64,000 nt of DNA from Candidatus Aenigmatarchaeota archaeon (GTDB lineage: Archaea; Aenigmatarchaeota; Aenigmatarchaeia; JACPZZ01): contig JACPAF010000001.1 in the NCBI GenBank assembly GCA_016180965.1, positions 10,111 through 74,110 on the forward strand, written 5' to 3'. A program made the translations under genes and the position numbers. Numbering within the stretch: the first letter of the stretch is position 1; every line of letters starts with the position of its first letter. Positions 9,658 to 18,512 of the stretch are shown here, piece by piece. Below the pieces are notes generated by a model that saw only the letters and a program-made list of their open reading frames with translations, was not told where the DNA came from and ran no database searches.

Positions 9658-11064
9658 TTATAATTTCTTTACCATGTACGCGCCTTCCAAGGCGTAGCCG
9701 AGTTTCCTATAATATTCCCGCGCTCCAACGCCTGAAATGACTGCGATCTTTTCCATGTTGTTTTCTTTTGAAATTTTTTCCGCCTCTTCCAATAATTTTT
9801 TACCGAAGCCGCGGTGTTGGAATTGGTCTGGATCGAAGCTGTTACCTATACCGGTTTCTTTTCCGAATACGTGGATCTCACGAACCAATGAAGTCGCAGG
9901 TGTTATCTCCGGCCTGAAAGGGCGGGACGGGAATCGCAGACGCAATAAACCCAATAATATGTCGTTCTTCGCGTCCTCGAAGCTCAAAAATATTTCATGC
10001 CCGCCAGATGCCTGATAGTCTGTTCTCGTCAATTTTATTTCATTTTCGTCGATATGCTTTCCGTGCAACAAATTGTAACCGACTTCACGGCACCTTGTGC
10101 ATACACATTTTTGATTGTCCTGTTTCATCCGGGCTTTAACTGCGTCGCGTAAGTGCGAATATTTCGTACCGCCTACCACATACTCGGCGGGTATGTCGCG
10201 CATCACACGGGATATTCTCGCATAGCGCGGAACTATAAGTTTCAATTTTGCCAGCAATTCTATCAACTCGTCATTGGTATAGGCGTAATGTTTATCCTCA
10301 TTAAACCATTGCTGCAATTCCGTATTTTCCAAAACAAGGCAAGGATAAATTTTCACACCGTCCGGCCGTAAATCCGGTTTTTCAAATAAAATTTTAAACA
10401 TTTCCAAGTCTTTTTTTAAATCGGACCCGGGCAGGTTGCACATGTAATGGTAATAGACTTTGAATCCAGAGTCTTTCAACAATTTCGTGGACTCTATTAC
10501 GTCCTTAACAGTGTGGCCGCGTTTGGTCAATTCGTAGTTTTCATCGTCTGGAATTTGCACGCCCAATTCAACTCGTGTGGCGCCGAAACTTAACATTTGG
10601 TTTATCTGGTATTCAAGCGCCCAATCGGGCCGCGTTTCGATGCACATCGCCACACAGCGATTGTCTGCGGTTTCATTGTAATTTTTCGCGTCTTCAAGCG
10701 ATGCAGAAACGAAGCCGTTCAACCCGTCGTAACAGCCTTTGATGAAATCGTGGCGGTAATTTATGGGAGTGGCCATGAACGTTCCGCCCATCACAATAAT
10801 TTCGACTTTGTCCGTTATGTGGCCCATCGATTTTAACGCATTTACACGCGACTCAACTTGCTTGTATGGGTCGTAAGCGTCACGCATTGCGCGCATTACG
10901 ACCGGAGATTTAGGCAAATAGCTTTTAGGCGTGGGTATCTCCTTGTCAACCCCGCCCGGACAATAAATGCATTTACCCGGGCATGGAAGCGGTTTCGTCA
11001 TTACAGCTACTATGCTCACGCCGGATATTGTGCGGACTTTCTTTTTAACATTCAACTCGATCAT
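9658..11064 (-). CDS. elp3: Elp3-type radical SAM/GNAT tRNA U34 (c)m5U-forming enzyme
   Basis: 468 aa. Radical-SAM cluster CPGKCIYCPGG. C-terminal GNAT (QHRGFGKKLLEEAE). Overall archaeal Elp3 architecture. Confidence 0.85.
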   Translation of the reverse strand: MIELNVKKKVRTISGVSIVAVMTKPLPCPGKCIYCPGGVDKEIPTPKSYLPKSPVVMRAMRDAYDPYKQVESRVNALKSMGHITDKVEIIVMGGTFMATPINYRHDFIKGCYDGLNGFVSASLEDAKNYNETADNRCVAMCIETRPDWALEYQINQMLSFGATRVELGVQIPDDENYELTKRGHTVKDVIESTKLLKDSGFKVYYHYMCNLPGSDLKKDLEMFKILFEKPDLRPDGVKIYPCLVLENTELQQWFNEDKHYAYTNDELIELLAKLKLIVPRYARISRVMRDIPAEYVVGGTKYSHLRDAVKARMKQDNQKCVCTRCREVGYNLLHGKHIDENEIKLTRTDYQASGGHEIFLSFEDAKNDILLGLLRLRFPSRPFRPEITPATSLVREIHVFGKETGIGNSFDPDQFQHRGFGKKLLEEAEKISKENNMEKIAVISGVGAREYYRKLGYALEGAYMVKKL

Positions 11065-11098
11065 GCGATTAAATACATTCCCAAAGCAAGATAAGCTT

Positions 11099-11767
11099 AT
11101 GCGATTAACAGACGAAAACGTGGAGAATGTTTACGATTCGATAGCGGAAGGCTGGTACCATGTACGACAGGACCCATTTTACATATTCAATCCCGAATAT
11201 TACGCATCGAAATGGGTGAAAGGCAAGATATTGGACATAGGTTGCGGAAATGCTATGCATTCCATCATTTTTGCAAAGCATGGTTTTGATTGCGTCGCAA
11301 CAGACGTGAGTAAACAAATGCTTTACTGGGCGAAGAAGAACTTGGAAAAGAATAAAGTTAACTTTCCATTAGTCAAGGCGAATTGCTTGGATCTGCCCTT
11401 TAGAGCTAACACGTTTGACTATGTAATTTCTGTCGCTGTTTTCCATCACCTTGACTCGGAAGAGAAGCGATTAAAAGCTTTCAAAGAGGTTTTCCGGATC
11501 CTTAAACCGAATGGGATTGCGCTAGTCACAGTTTGGAATAAAACACAACCACGCTTTATACTGGGCAAAAAAGACCAATACGTGGCCTGGAACCACAAAG
11601 GTGTGGTTCACCAAAGATATTACCATTTATTCACTTACAGAGAAATGGAAAAAATGGCCAAACTAGCTGGTTTAACTGCTATTAAATTGTTCCCAGAAGA
11701 CTCCTACAAACTGCCGGTCAAGATGTTTTCAAAGAACGTGTGCGCGCTGTTAAAGAAACGAATATAA
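11099..11767 (+). CDS. Class I SAM methyltransferase, Trm9/ALKBH8-MTase-like
   Basis: Start set at the ATG at 11099. VYDSIAEGWYHVRQ..., ILDIGCGNA, LKPNG, QRYYHLFTYREME resemble Trm9. Divergently adjacent to elp3. Confidence 0.6.
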   Translation: MRLTDENVENVYDSIAEGWYHVRQDPFYIFNPEYYASKWVKGKILDIGCGNAMHSIIFAKHGFDCVATDVSKQMLYWAKKNLEKNKVNFPLVKANCLDLPFRANTFDYVISVAVFHHLDSEEKRLKAFKEVFRILKPNGIALVTVWNKTQPRFILGKKDQYVAWNHKGVVHQRYYHLFTYREMEKMAKLAGLTAIKLFPEDSYKLPVKMFSKNVCALLKKRI

Positions 11768-11816
11768 ATAACCTTGTCTGTTTAAGAAAAGGTTAATCAA
11801 AATATATACAATCGGT

Positions 11817-11943
11817 GCCTGGGTGGCTCAGTGGTAGAGCGCCAGAAATTTGGCGAAACTCATAAGGCGATGTATGAGTGTTGAGCTTATGCTATGATAA
11901 CTAAGACATCTGGAAGTCGTGAGTTCGATCCTCACCCCAGGCA
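11817..11943 (+). tRNA. tRNA-Met-CAT: tRNA-Met/Ile2(CAT) with two predicted introns (30/31: 11846-11857; second approx 11866-11908)
   Basis: Acceptor GCCTGGG/CCCAGGC, D arm GCTC-AGTGGTA-GAGC, T arm GTGAG-TTCGATC-CTCAC. Removing both inserts gives CCAGA-CTCATAA-TCTGG. The first intron has a clean BHB core (CGCC/GGCG with 3-nt bulges). The second BHB is relaxed (3 of 4 pairs), so its exact junction is uncertain. Confidence 0.7.
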
Positions 11944-11987
11944 ATCCAAATAATTTAGTTTAATAAAAACCAAACTCAAGTGTTTTT

Positions 11988-13121
11988 ATGCCAGAATACG
12001 TTTTCAGATATGCCGATTCTTATTTGGATGTTGCCAACAGCAAAGACAGTTACATAATAGCGAAAAACGGGAGAAAGTATCTCGATTTCTTGATGGGCTG
12101 GTGCGTTGGGAACGCGGGCTGGAATAAAAAAGCTATTACGGATTCCATGAAAAAATTCAAGGGCCCGACCTACGTTAGTCCGACGTACAATTACGATGGA
12201 TGGGAAAGGCTCGGAGAGAAGCTTGTATCCATAACGGGCCTTGATGCAACATGTTTCCGCGCTACCGGCGGAACGGAAGCTGTAGAAATAGCGCTAAAAA
12301 TTTCCAAAGCTTACAACAGGAGAAAAAATTTCATAGCTTTCAAAAACGCTTATCACGGGCAATCTTTTGCATGCATGGCTTTGGTCGGGCTGCATGAAAA
12401 CAAATTCGGTCCATATCCGGACAATTATCTCAGGATAAACCCGCTTTCCATAGCCAACTGGGACAAATTGACAGAGTCTGTTGTGAATAACATAAAAAAG
12501 AAAAACATCTGCGCGTTCATATCCGAGCCGATAATATGCAACCTCGGCGTTGTCGTACCGCCGAAATCTTTTTTCCAGTCTGTGCGCGAGGCATGCGACA
12601 AAACAGATACTGTAATGATACTCGACGAAGTGACGAACGGATTCGGGCGCACAGGCGAATGGTTCGGGTTCCAAAATTATGGAATTAAACCGGACATTAT
12701 TACAATCGCAAAAGGTTTCAGTTCAGGCTATGCGCCTATTGGAGCGACGGTTGCAGATGCAAAAATAGCTGAGTCCATGCGGTTCGATTTCAGCAATTAT
12801 TCAACTTTCGGCTGGCAGCCGTTAGCCGTAGAGACTGCTATTGCAAACATAAACTACATAGAAAAGAACAAGCTCGTCGAACGGGCGAAAAAAAGCGGCG
12901 AATACCTGATGTCAAGGCTCACTGAATTTTCAAAGCCGTCTGGCAAGGGCTTGTGCATAGGCATGTGGGTAAAAAACACAAACGTCAAAAAGAAATGCCG
13001 CGATGAAGGGCTTCTTCTCGACGCGTTCCTTTTCCGGGCAGTTTTATTTCCTGCGTTGGATGTAACTAAACAAGAAATGGACACGGCTGTAGAAATAATA
13101 AGGAAAAATTCAAAATTCTGA
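11988..13121 (+). CDS. Class III PLP-dependent aminotransferase
   Basis: 377 aa. GTEAVE, ILDEVTNGFGRTG and TIAKGFSSGYAPIG (PLP lysine) motifs. Confidence 0.8.
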   Translation: MPEYVFRYADSYLDVANSKDSYIIAKNGRKYLDFLMGWCVGNAGWNKKAITDSMKKFKGPTYVSPTYNYDGWERLGEKLVSITGLDATCFRATGGTEAVEIALKISKAYNRRKNFIAFKNAYHGQSFACMALVGLHENKFGPYPDNYLRINPLSIANWDKLTESVVNNIKKKNICAFISEPIICNLGVVVPPKSFFQSVREACDKTDTVMILDEVTNGFGRTGEWFGFQNYGIKPDIITIAKGFSSGYAPIGATVADAKIAESMRFDFSNYSTFGWQPLAVETAIANINYIEKNKLVERAKKSGEYLMSRLTEFSKPSGKGLCIGMWVKNTNVKKKCRDEGLLLDAFLFRAVLFPALDVTKQEMDTAVEIIRKNSKF

Positions 13122-13131
13122 ACGTGATTCA

Positions 13132-13752
13132 ATGGCCGACAAAGAACAAATATTGGCAGAGATAGAAAAACTCGTCAAAGAGCGCTGCATTGATGACGCG
13201 ACGGGCCATGACTGGAATCACATAGATCGTGTGCGCAGAAACTCGCTGAAGATCGCGAAAAAAGAGGGTGGCGATGCTTTCATAATCGAATTGGCTGCTC
13301 TGCTTCACGACGTAGAGGACTGGAAGACGGAAAATTACAAAAGCGGAATTGTTGCCAAATGGTTGGATAATTATGGTACGAATAAAAACGACAAACAAAA
13401 AATAATGAACATAATAGAAAGAATTTCCTTCAAAGGCACAAACCACGATGATAATATGGACTCCATTGAGGGGAAAATAGTACAAGACGCAGACCGTTTG
13501 GATGCTATAGGCGCGATAGGTTTGGCCAGATGTATAGCTTTCGGCACGAGCAAAAATAGAACCTTATACGACCCGTCAATAGAACCGGACATGGGAATGA
13601 AACGCAACACAACCACGATAAACCATTTTTACGAGAAACTGCTTTTGTTGAAAGACAGGATGAACACGAAGACTGCCAAAGAACTTGCCAAAGAAAGACA
13701 CGAATTTATGGATATGTTTTTAAAACAATTCTTTAGGGAGTGGAACAAATGA
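13132..13752 (+). CDS. HD-domain phosphohydrolase
   Basis: 206 aa. HDWNHIDRV ... LLHDVED ... QDADRLDAIGA motifs. Confidence 0.8.
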   Translation: MADKEQILAEIEKLVKERCIDDATGHDWNHIDRVRRNSLKIAKKEGGDAFIIELAALLHDVEDWKTENYKSGIVAKWLDNYGTNKNDKQKIMNIIERISFKGTNHDDNMDSIEGKIVQDADRLDAIGAIGLARCIAFGTSKNRTLYDPSIEPDMGMKRNTTTINHFYEKLLLLKDRMNTKTAKELAKERHEFMDMFLKQFFREWNK

Positions 13753-14291
13753 AAATTATTTGCCTTGTGGGGATGCCCGGCTCCGGGAAGGGTGAAATAA
13801 ACAAGATACTCGAATCTGAAAATATACCGACCGTGGTCATGAGTTCAATTGTGCGTGATGAAGTCAAAAAACGCAATTTAGAGTTAAACATTAAAAACCT
13901 TGACAATGTTGCAGTTGATTTACGCGAGAAATTCGGCAAGGACGTGGTTGCGAAGCGTACTGCAGAAAAAGTCAAAAAAATAAAATCCGGCATTGTTTGC
14001 GTAGACGGTGTGCGCAACATTGAAGAAATACACGCGTTAAAAGATGCCGGCGATGTTTATATTATTTCTGTAACAGCCCCGGAAAAAATACGTTTTGAAA
14101 GGCTATTGAAGCGCAACGAACAGAGGGATCCGAAAAATATTGAAGAGTTTAAATGGCGCGAACAAAAACAAATCGATTTCGGCATTTCCAAGGTCATTGA
14201 GGCTGCGAATTATGGTATAACTAACGACGGCGACCTGCAAAGTTTGCGTGATAAGATAATTAAAATTTTAACAGATATACGTCATGTTTGA
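13749..14291 (+). CDS. P-loop nucleotide kinase (archaeal UPF0200/CoaE/adenylate-kinase-like)
   Basis: Start at the ATG at 13749 (ATGA overlap with the HD gene). MKIICLVGMPGSGKG Walker A. Confidence 0.65.
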   Translation: MKIICLVGMPGSGKGEINKILESENIPTVVMSSIVRDEVKKRNLELNIKNLDNVAVDLREKFGKDVVAKRTAEKVKKIKSGIVCVDGVRNIEEIHALKDAGDVYIISVTAPEKIRFERLLKRNEQRDPKNIEEFKWREQKQIDFGISKVIEAANYGITNDGDLQSLRDKIIKILTDIRHV

Positions 14292-14777
14292 AACCAGATC
14301 CCCGCTTATTCCGAATTTGTTTTTGAAACGTAAAGTCAACGCTGCCATGTCGCTTGGTCTGGAATCGATCTCGCGCAGCGCGTATCCGTCGGAGAAAAGC
14401 AGCTTTGCAGTGTACACGCCTTCTGTTATTGAATCTATTTTTGCGTAAATTAAATTGACCTTGAAAGCGCCTGAGGTTTCGAAAAACAGGTCATGGGTCA
14501 ATGGGCGCGCAAACCTTTCCTTGGTAAGGCCTTCCTCTATTGAGAATGCCTGGTCGTTTGTTATCCCCATTTTTATCCCGTCGCAACCTCTGGAGAAATA
14601 CAATACGGGGCCGGGTTCGTATCTCATGTCTATACCGTCCAATTCTACAGTGTTGTTTGAGAATTCGTGCACGATTTTGTTGGCTGTGTATGACTTTGCC
14701 AGAAATGCCGCCAACAAAACCAAAAACAATACAGCCAGGAACGCGTTTTTTGTGTTTCTCCTTTTCCGGGATGGCAT
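14268..14777 (-). CDS. Bifunctional-nuclease (DUF151/BFN) domain protein with N-terminal membrane anchor
   Basis: 169 aa. TM after MPSRKRRNTK. RPLTHDL and DSRPSDMAALTLRF motifs typical of BFN. Confidence 0.65.
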   Translation of the reverse strand: MPSRKRRNTKNAFLAVLFLVLLAAFLAKSYTANKIVHEFSNNTVELDGIDMRYEPGPVLYFSRGCDGIKMGITNDQAFSIEEGLTKERFARPLTHDLFFETSGAFKVNLIYAKIDSITEGVYTAKLLFSDGYALREIDSRPSDMAALTLRFKNKFGISGDLVSNMTYIC

Positions 14778-14844
14778 AACAATAAAATAGCCTCCGGAGA
14801 GATATTAATAAACTTTCCTTTAGAAAAGAAACAAATGACAGACC

Positions 14845-14881
14845 GAAACGGACGCATACACAATGACGTCCGTTTCTAGTT
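14845..14881. repeat. tRNA-linked bulged palindromic hairpin (family copy)
   Basis: GAAACGGACG-CATACACAATGA-CGTCCGTTTCTAGTT, ending 6 nt before tRNA-Thr +1. Confidence 0.75.
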
Positions 14882-14887
14882 AGGATC

Positions 14888-14961
14888 GCCTCCGTAGCTC
14901 AATTCGGCAGAGCGAGTGCTTTGTAAGCACTAGGTTGCGGGTTCAAATCCCACCGGAGGCT
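14888..14961 (+). tRNA. tRNA-Thr-TGT: tRNA-Thr(TGT), intronless
   Basis: Acceptor GCCTCCG/CGGAGGC, anticodon arm AGTGC-TTTGTAA-GCACT, T loop TTCAAAT. Confidence 0.9.
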
Positions 14962-15002
14962 TATTATTTAAATCCGCCTAATCCTATTATCGAGTGATTG
15001 AC

Positions 15003-15299
15003 ATGGACGCAGTTTATTTCATTCCAAAGGACAAGTTTCAGGACGTGGAAAACGCATTGCTTAAAGATGACGTTCTATCGCGACAATCGCTAACGTTCAG
15101 AAATGCAGCCATTTTCGGGTCCAAAGAGGACGCGGTGTGCGTTAAGATTTCAGGATCCGAAGAAGCAATGGACAAAGCAAAAGAGCTGATAGGCGATAAC
15201 GGCAAGCTTGTAGAAGGCAAAGAAAAGGAAAAGATTTTGAAACAGATAACCGAAGAAGAGGATGCTGTCGCACAGGGCTTCGGAAGCATTTTCGAGTGA
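15003..15299 (+). CDS. Hypothetical acidic protein
   Basis: About 98 aa from the ATG at 15003 (track ORF starts at a GTG at 14994). Its stop overlaps the next gene's start (GTGA). Confidence 0.45.
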   Translation: MDAVYFIPKDKFQDVENALLKDDVLSRQSLTFRNAAIFGSKEDAVCVKISGSEEAMDKAKELIGDNGKLVEGKEKEKILKQITEEEDAVAQGFGSIFE

Positions 15300-16303
15300 T
15301 TTTTTTGAGGCGTCTGAAAAGGCTGTGGGATATAATCAACGACAAAAATATCAAGATCGACTCGATTTATCTGCCAAATGTTCCTGACGAAAATTTTTAT
15401 TATTTAACCAACTTAGAAGGCCCGTTTGAAGGATGTTTCGCGATGGTCTCGGATGGCGGCATGGAAGTGGCTGTTTCGGAACTGGATTACGAAACTGCGA
15501 AAAAACAGGGAATAAAAAAACCCACATTAATAACGAAACGTTCTGAAAAAATTGAAATGATAAAAGGTCGCGCGCCCACGGGCAACGTTGGAATTGTTGC
15601 AAACAAACTCCCATATCTGACGGGTAAAAGGCTTGAATCTTTTGGATTGAAGTTAATTGATGTGTCCAAGTGTTTCGACGAATGCCGGATGACCAAGGAC
15701 AAAGACGAGATAAAATTGATGAAAACCGCGGTTAATACAAGCAAAAAGGCGCTCGAAGAGTCAACCAGCGGTATGGCGATTGAAAATGATCTCGCAGTGA
15801 AAATAGAAAACATCATCCGTTCAAAGGGGTGCGGCATTGCTTTCCCTACAATATGCGCTGCGGACAGGAATTCTGCACTGCCACATTACACGACCGGCTT
15901 TGCCAAGATCAATGATATGGTACTGGTCGATTTCGGCGCGCGTTACAAAGGATATTGCGCGGACATAACCAGGTGCGTTTTCAAAAGGAAAAATGACTGG
16001 TTTTTGAGAACAGAAAACAAGGTGATGGAAGCTTATGAGAAATGTTTATCCATAGCCAATAACAATGGAACGGGCGAAGAGATGCAGAAGGCCGCACAGT
16101 CCATTCTGGGCAAAGGGTTTATACATTCCATAGGGCATTTTCTCGGGCGCGACGTGCATGAAAATTCGTTGAGTAATTTTAAGCGACCTTTCGAAAAAGG
16201 CATGGTTTTCACAATAGAACCAGGCCTGTATGATGTAAAGCGGGGCGGGGTCAGGTTTGAAAACGATTTTTTAGTTACGAAAAACGGGGTCAAAGAGCTC
16301 TAA
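15296..16303 (+). CDS. M24-family metallopeptidase (Xaa-Pro aminopeptidase-like)
   Basis: 335 aa. VLVDFGARYKGYCADITR, HSIGHFLGRDVHE, FTIEPGLY, VRFEND metal-ligand motifs. Confidence 0.85.
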   Translation: MIFLRRLKRLWDIINDKNIKIDSIYLPNVPDENFYYLTNLEGPFEGCFAMVSDGGMEVAVSELDYETAKKQGIKKPTLITKRSEKIEMIKGRAPTGNVGIVANKLPYLTGKRLESFGLKLIDVSKCFDECRMTKDKDEIKLMKTAVNTSKKALEESTSGMAIENDLAVKIENIIRSKGCGIAFPTICAADRNSALPHYTTGFAKINDMVLVDFGARYKGYCADITRCVFKRKNDWFLRTENKVMEAYEKCLSIANNNGTGEEMQKAAQSILGKGFIHSIGHFLGRDVHENSLSNFKRPFEKGMVFTIEPGLYDVKRGGVRFENDFLVTKNGVKEL

Positions 16304-16872
16304 TCTTTTTGTAGTTTTTTCAGCCCATGCCACCAAGAAGTGGGATCAATATTTTCCAATTTGTTCGCTAATTCCTTGGCGCTTTTTGTTTTTAACGCGG
16401 CTTTGGAGTTTTTCATCCAATTGTCTACGGATTGGAACGCCCCTGATTCCCTGTACTCCTTTGCCTGGATAAAAACCTCGAGAATGTCCGCGTCCTTGGC
16501 AACTATGGCTTCCTTGGTTTTCTGGGCCTCTCGCTCGGAAAATATTTCCACAAATTCGCCCTCGAAAATTTCGGAAAAAATGTCGGCAAATGCTTTTGCC
16601 TCACCCTTGCTTTCTATGTAGCGGTCGTTAACGCGGTTTACATCGCCTGTTCGTGTTTCCGCGAAATCGTGAAGCAAACACATCTTCACGACCTTGTTTT
16701 CATCAACGTTTTCCATTTTTGCAAGGACAAGCCCTATCAAAGAAGCTCGCCAGGAGTGTTCGGCGACGCTTTCCGCGTTTTTTACGCCTGCCAAAGACCA
16801 TCCGCTGCGCGGCAACCGCTTCAGTTGCCCGGCCTCGAAAAACAGTTTTGATATGCGTTCGTTGTTATCCAT
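16300..16872 (-). CDS. HD-domain 5'-nucleotidase (YfbR-like)
   Basis: 190 aa. RSGWSLAGV..ESVAEHSWR...LLHDFAETRTGD motifs. Confidence 0.8.
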   Translation of the reverse strand: MDNNERISKLFFEAGQLKRLPRSGWSLAGVKNAESVAEHSWRASLIGLVLAKMENVDENKVVKMCLLHDFAETRTGDVNRVNDRYIESKGEAKAFADIFSEIFEGEFVEIFSEREAQKTKEAIVAKDADILEVFIQAKEYRESGAFQSVDNWMKNSKAALKTKSAKELANKLENIDPTSWWHGLKKLQKD

Positions 16873-16942
16873 TAATTTAAAACACTTTTCCGATTATTAA
16901 GCCTTACCCCGAACATTAAAATTTAACCTCCGAACTTAGTTC

Positions 16943-17566
16943 ATGAACGACTGGGAAAAAATGAACAGGATAAAGGCGATATTCTTCAATCTTTTCAGGG
17001 GCTGGTTGGAAGGTAGCCCGACAGAACTCAAAATTAACCATGGCAAATTGTTTGACATGCTTCACGAAGGCCTGGTCAGGAATTGGGTGAGCCTCGAGAA
17101 CCAGATGAGGCCGGGATTTATACCGATGGCGAGAGGAATTCTCTACGAAGTTCTTTTTTACTGCTCCTGCATGCGATTAAGAAGTTTTTTCATTTACAGG
17201 GGCATGAAATACAAGTTCGAGATATTCCCATTTTATGACCTGAGCCCGAAAAGCGTTGTTAATGACGTCACAGACATGAGTTACATAAAACCGGATTTTT
17301 TCCTGAAATACAAGGGAGAAGGATTCTTTCCCCCGATACTTGTGGACGTGAAATCTTATGAAAGGTCTGATGAACAACTAAAGAAACAGGCGAGCCTTTC
17401 GATGAAACACGGCTTTCTATACCAGATAGCGTACCCAAAAATTAAGTATCCGAAACATTTGGGCGATTGGAACATACGAAACGTATGCCCGCACTGCGGA
17501 AAGTTGAATGAATACACTTCTTGCGAAGGCTGCCACAATCAGATATTTTCCGATTTTGGCGGTTGA
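16943..17566 (+). CDS. Hypothetical protein with C-terminal zinc ribbon
   Basis: 207 aa. CPHCG...CEGCHN at the C-terminus. PDFF...ILVDVKSYE is weakly reminiscent of a PD-(D/E)xK motif. Confidence 0.5.
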   Translation: MNDWEKMNRIKAIFFNLFRGWLEGSPTELKINHGKLFDMLHEGLVRNWVSLENQMRPGFIPMARGILYEVLFYCSCMRLRSFFIYRGMKYKFEIFPFYDLSPKSVVNDVTDMSYIKPDFFLKYKGEGFFPPILVDVKSYERSDEQLKKQASLSMKHGFLYQIAYPKIKYPKHLGDWNIRNVCPHCGKLNEYTSCEGCHNQIFSDFGG

Positions 17567-17567
17567 A

Positions 17568-17671
17568 TGCGGTTACCGGGATTCGAACCCGGATTAAAAG
17601 CTGTCTCCGTTTTCCCCAAATTCAAGGAAAAGGCATGGGAAGCTTTTGTCCTGCCATTAGACCATAACCGC
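17568..17671 (-). tRNA. tRNA-Gly-CCC: tRNA-Gly(CCC) with canonical 37/38 intron (17603-17635, 33 nt)
   Basis: Reverse complement: GCGGTTA..AAAGC-TTCCCA|intron|A-GCTTT..CCGGG-TTCGAAT-CCCGG-TAACCGC-A. BHB central helix TTCC/GGAG with 3-nt bulges. Confidence 0.9.
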
Positions 17672-17897
17672 ACGGTTTTTATCAATGAATCGTTTAGATT
17701 AATATTGTTAGATATGGATTATCGAAAGATATTCTGCGCTGTCGGCATCCACAGCTGGGGAAGCAAAACCATACACCCGTCAATTGGTTCGAACGTAACG
17801 GATTATTCTCAGGCGTGCAAAGTGTGCGGAAAAACGAAAAGATGGGTTGAATGAGGGCCAAGACAAATTTATATTAGCCCAAACTAAATGTTATTAT

Positions 17898-18356
17898 ATG
17901 GTCTGGTTTGTAAGAAAGAAACTCGATGCGGCGCCAATTGAACCAAGCCTATCTATGGAAAGTGAACAGGCTTTGATGACGCCAGAACCGATGCCGAAGC
18001 CTGTGATTGAAACGCCCCCGATGCGAGAAGCTCCACTGTTTATTAAAGTCGACCGTTACAAGGAAATGCTTTCTTATTTTGGTGCTCTGAAGAACGACAT
18101 AGAGACGTTGCGGCAGTTAAGCTCGGTTTTAAACAGCACCCAGGAAATGTTCATGGAAACGAACAAAGCGATAAGTTCTACTCTGGAAAGAACGGATAAG
18201 ATCTTGGAATCGCTGGACTCGGAAATGGGTCGTCCTGCTGGCTTGAACATAAACATGGACGCAGAGGCCAAAAGGGCGGAAATGAAGGTTTCTTTAAACG
18301 AACTGAAAAACCAGCTGGAAAAGCTAAAAAGCGAAGTCAGGTCAATTTCATCCTAA
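17898..18356 (+). CDS. Hypothetical coiled-coil protein
   Basis: Start set at the ATG at 17898, about 25 nt downstream of a TATA-like AAATTTATATTA. Heptad-rich C-terminal half. Confidence 0.5.
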   Translation: MVWFVRKKLDAAPIEPSLSMESEQALMTPEPMPKPVIETPPMREAPLFIKVDRYKEMLSYFGALKNDIETLRQLSSVLNSTQEMFMETNKAISSTLERTDKILESLDSEMGRPAGLNINMDAEAKRAEMKVSLNELKNQLEKLKSEVRSISS

Positions 18357-18409
18357 CTTATTAATATTTCTGAAGCAAACAGATGCTAAGTAAACTGAAT
18401 CATCGGTGG

Positions 18410-18490
18410 CTAGAAACATACGCTTAACAGCTAGAAGCATACCGTATACTGTATCGGTATGCTTCAGTTTACGACGCGTATGTTTCAGTT
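18410..18490. repeat. Nested pair of family hairpins upstream of tRNA-Leu
   Basis: Outer CTAGAAACATACGC...GCGTATGTTTCAGTT encloses inner CTAGAAGCATACCGTATACTGTATCGGTATGCTTCAGTT (18431-18469). Confidence 0.8.
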
Positions 18491-18512
18491 TCTCGATGAT
18501 TCTAACTGTAAC

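Noticed and set aside
17567-17854. 95-aa track ORF starting MRLPGFEPGLKAV.
   Set aside because: Its first about 35 codons are the antisense of tRNA-Gly(CCC) (17568-17671). At most a short downstream ORF (ATG at 17714, 47 aa, CxxC) might be real, and I have no support for it.
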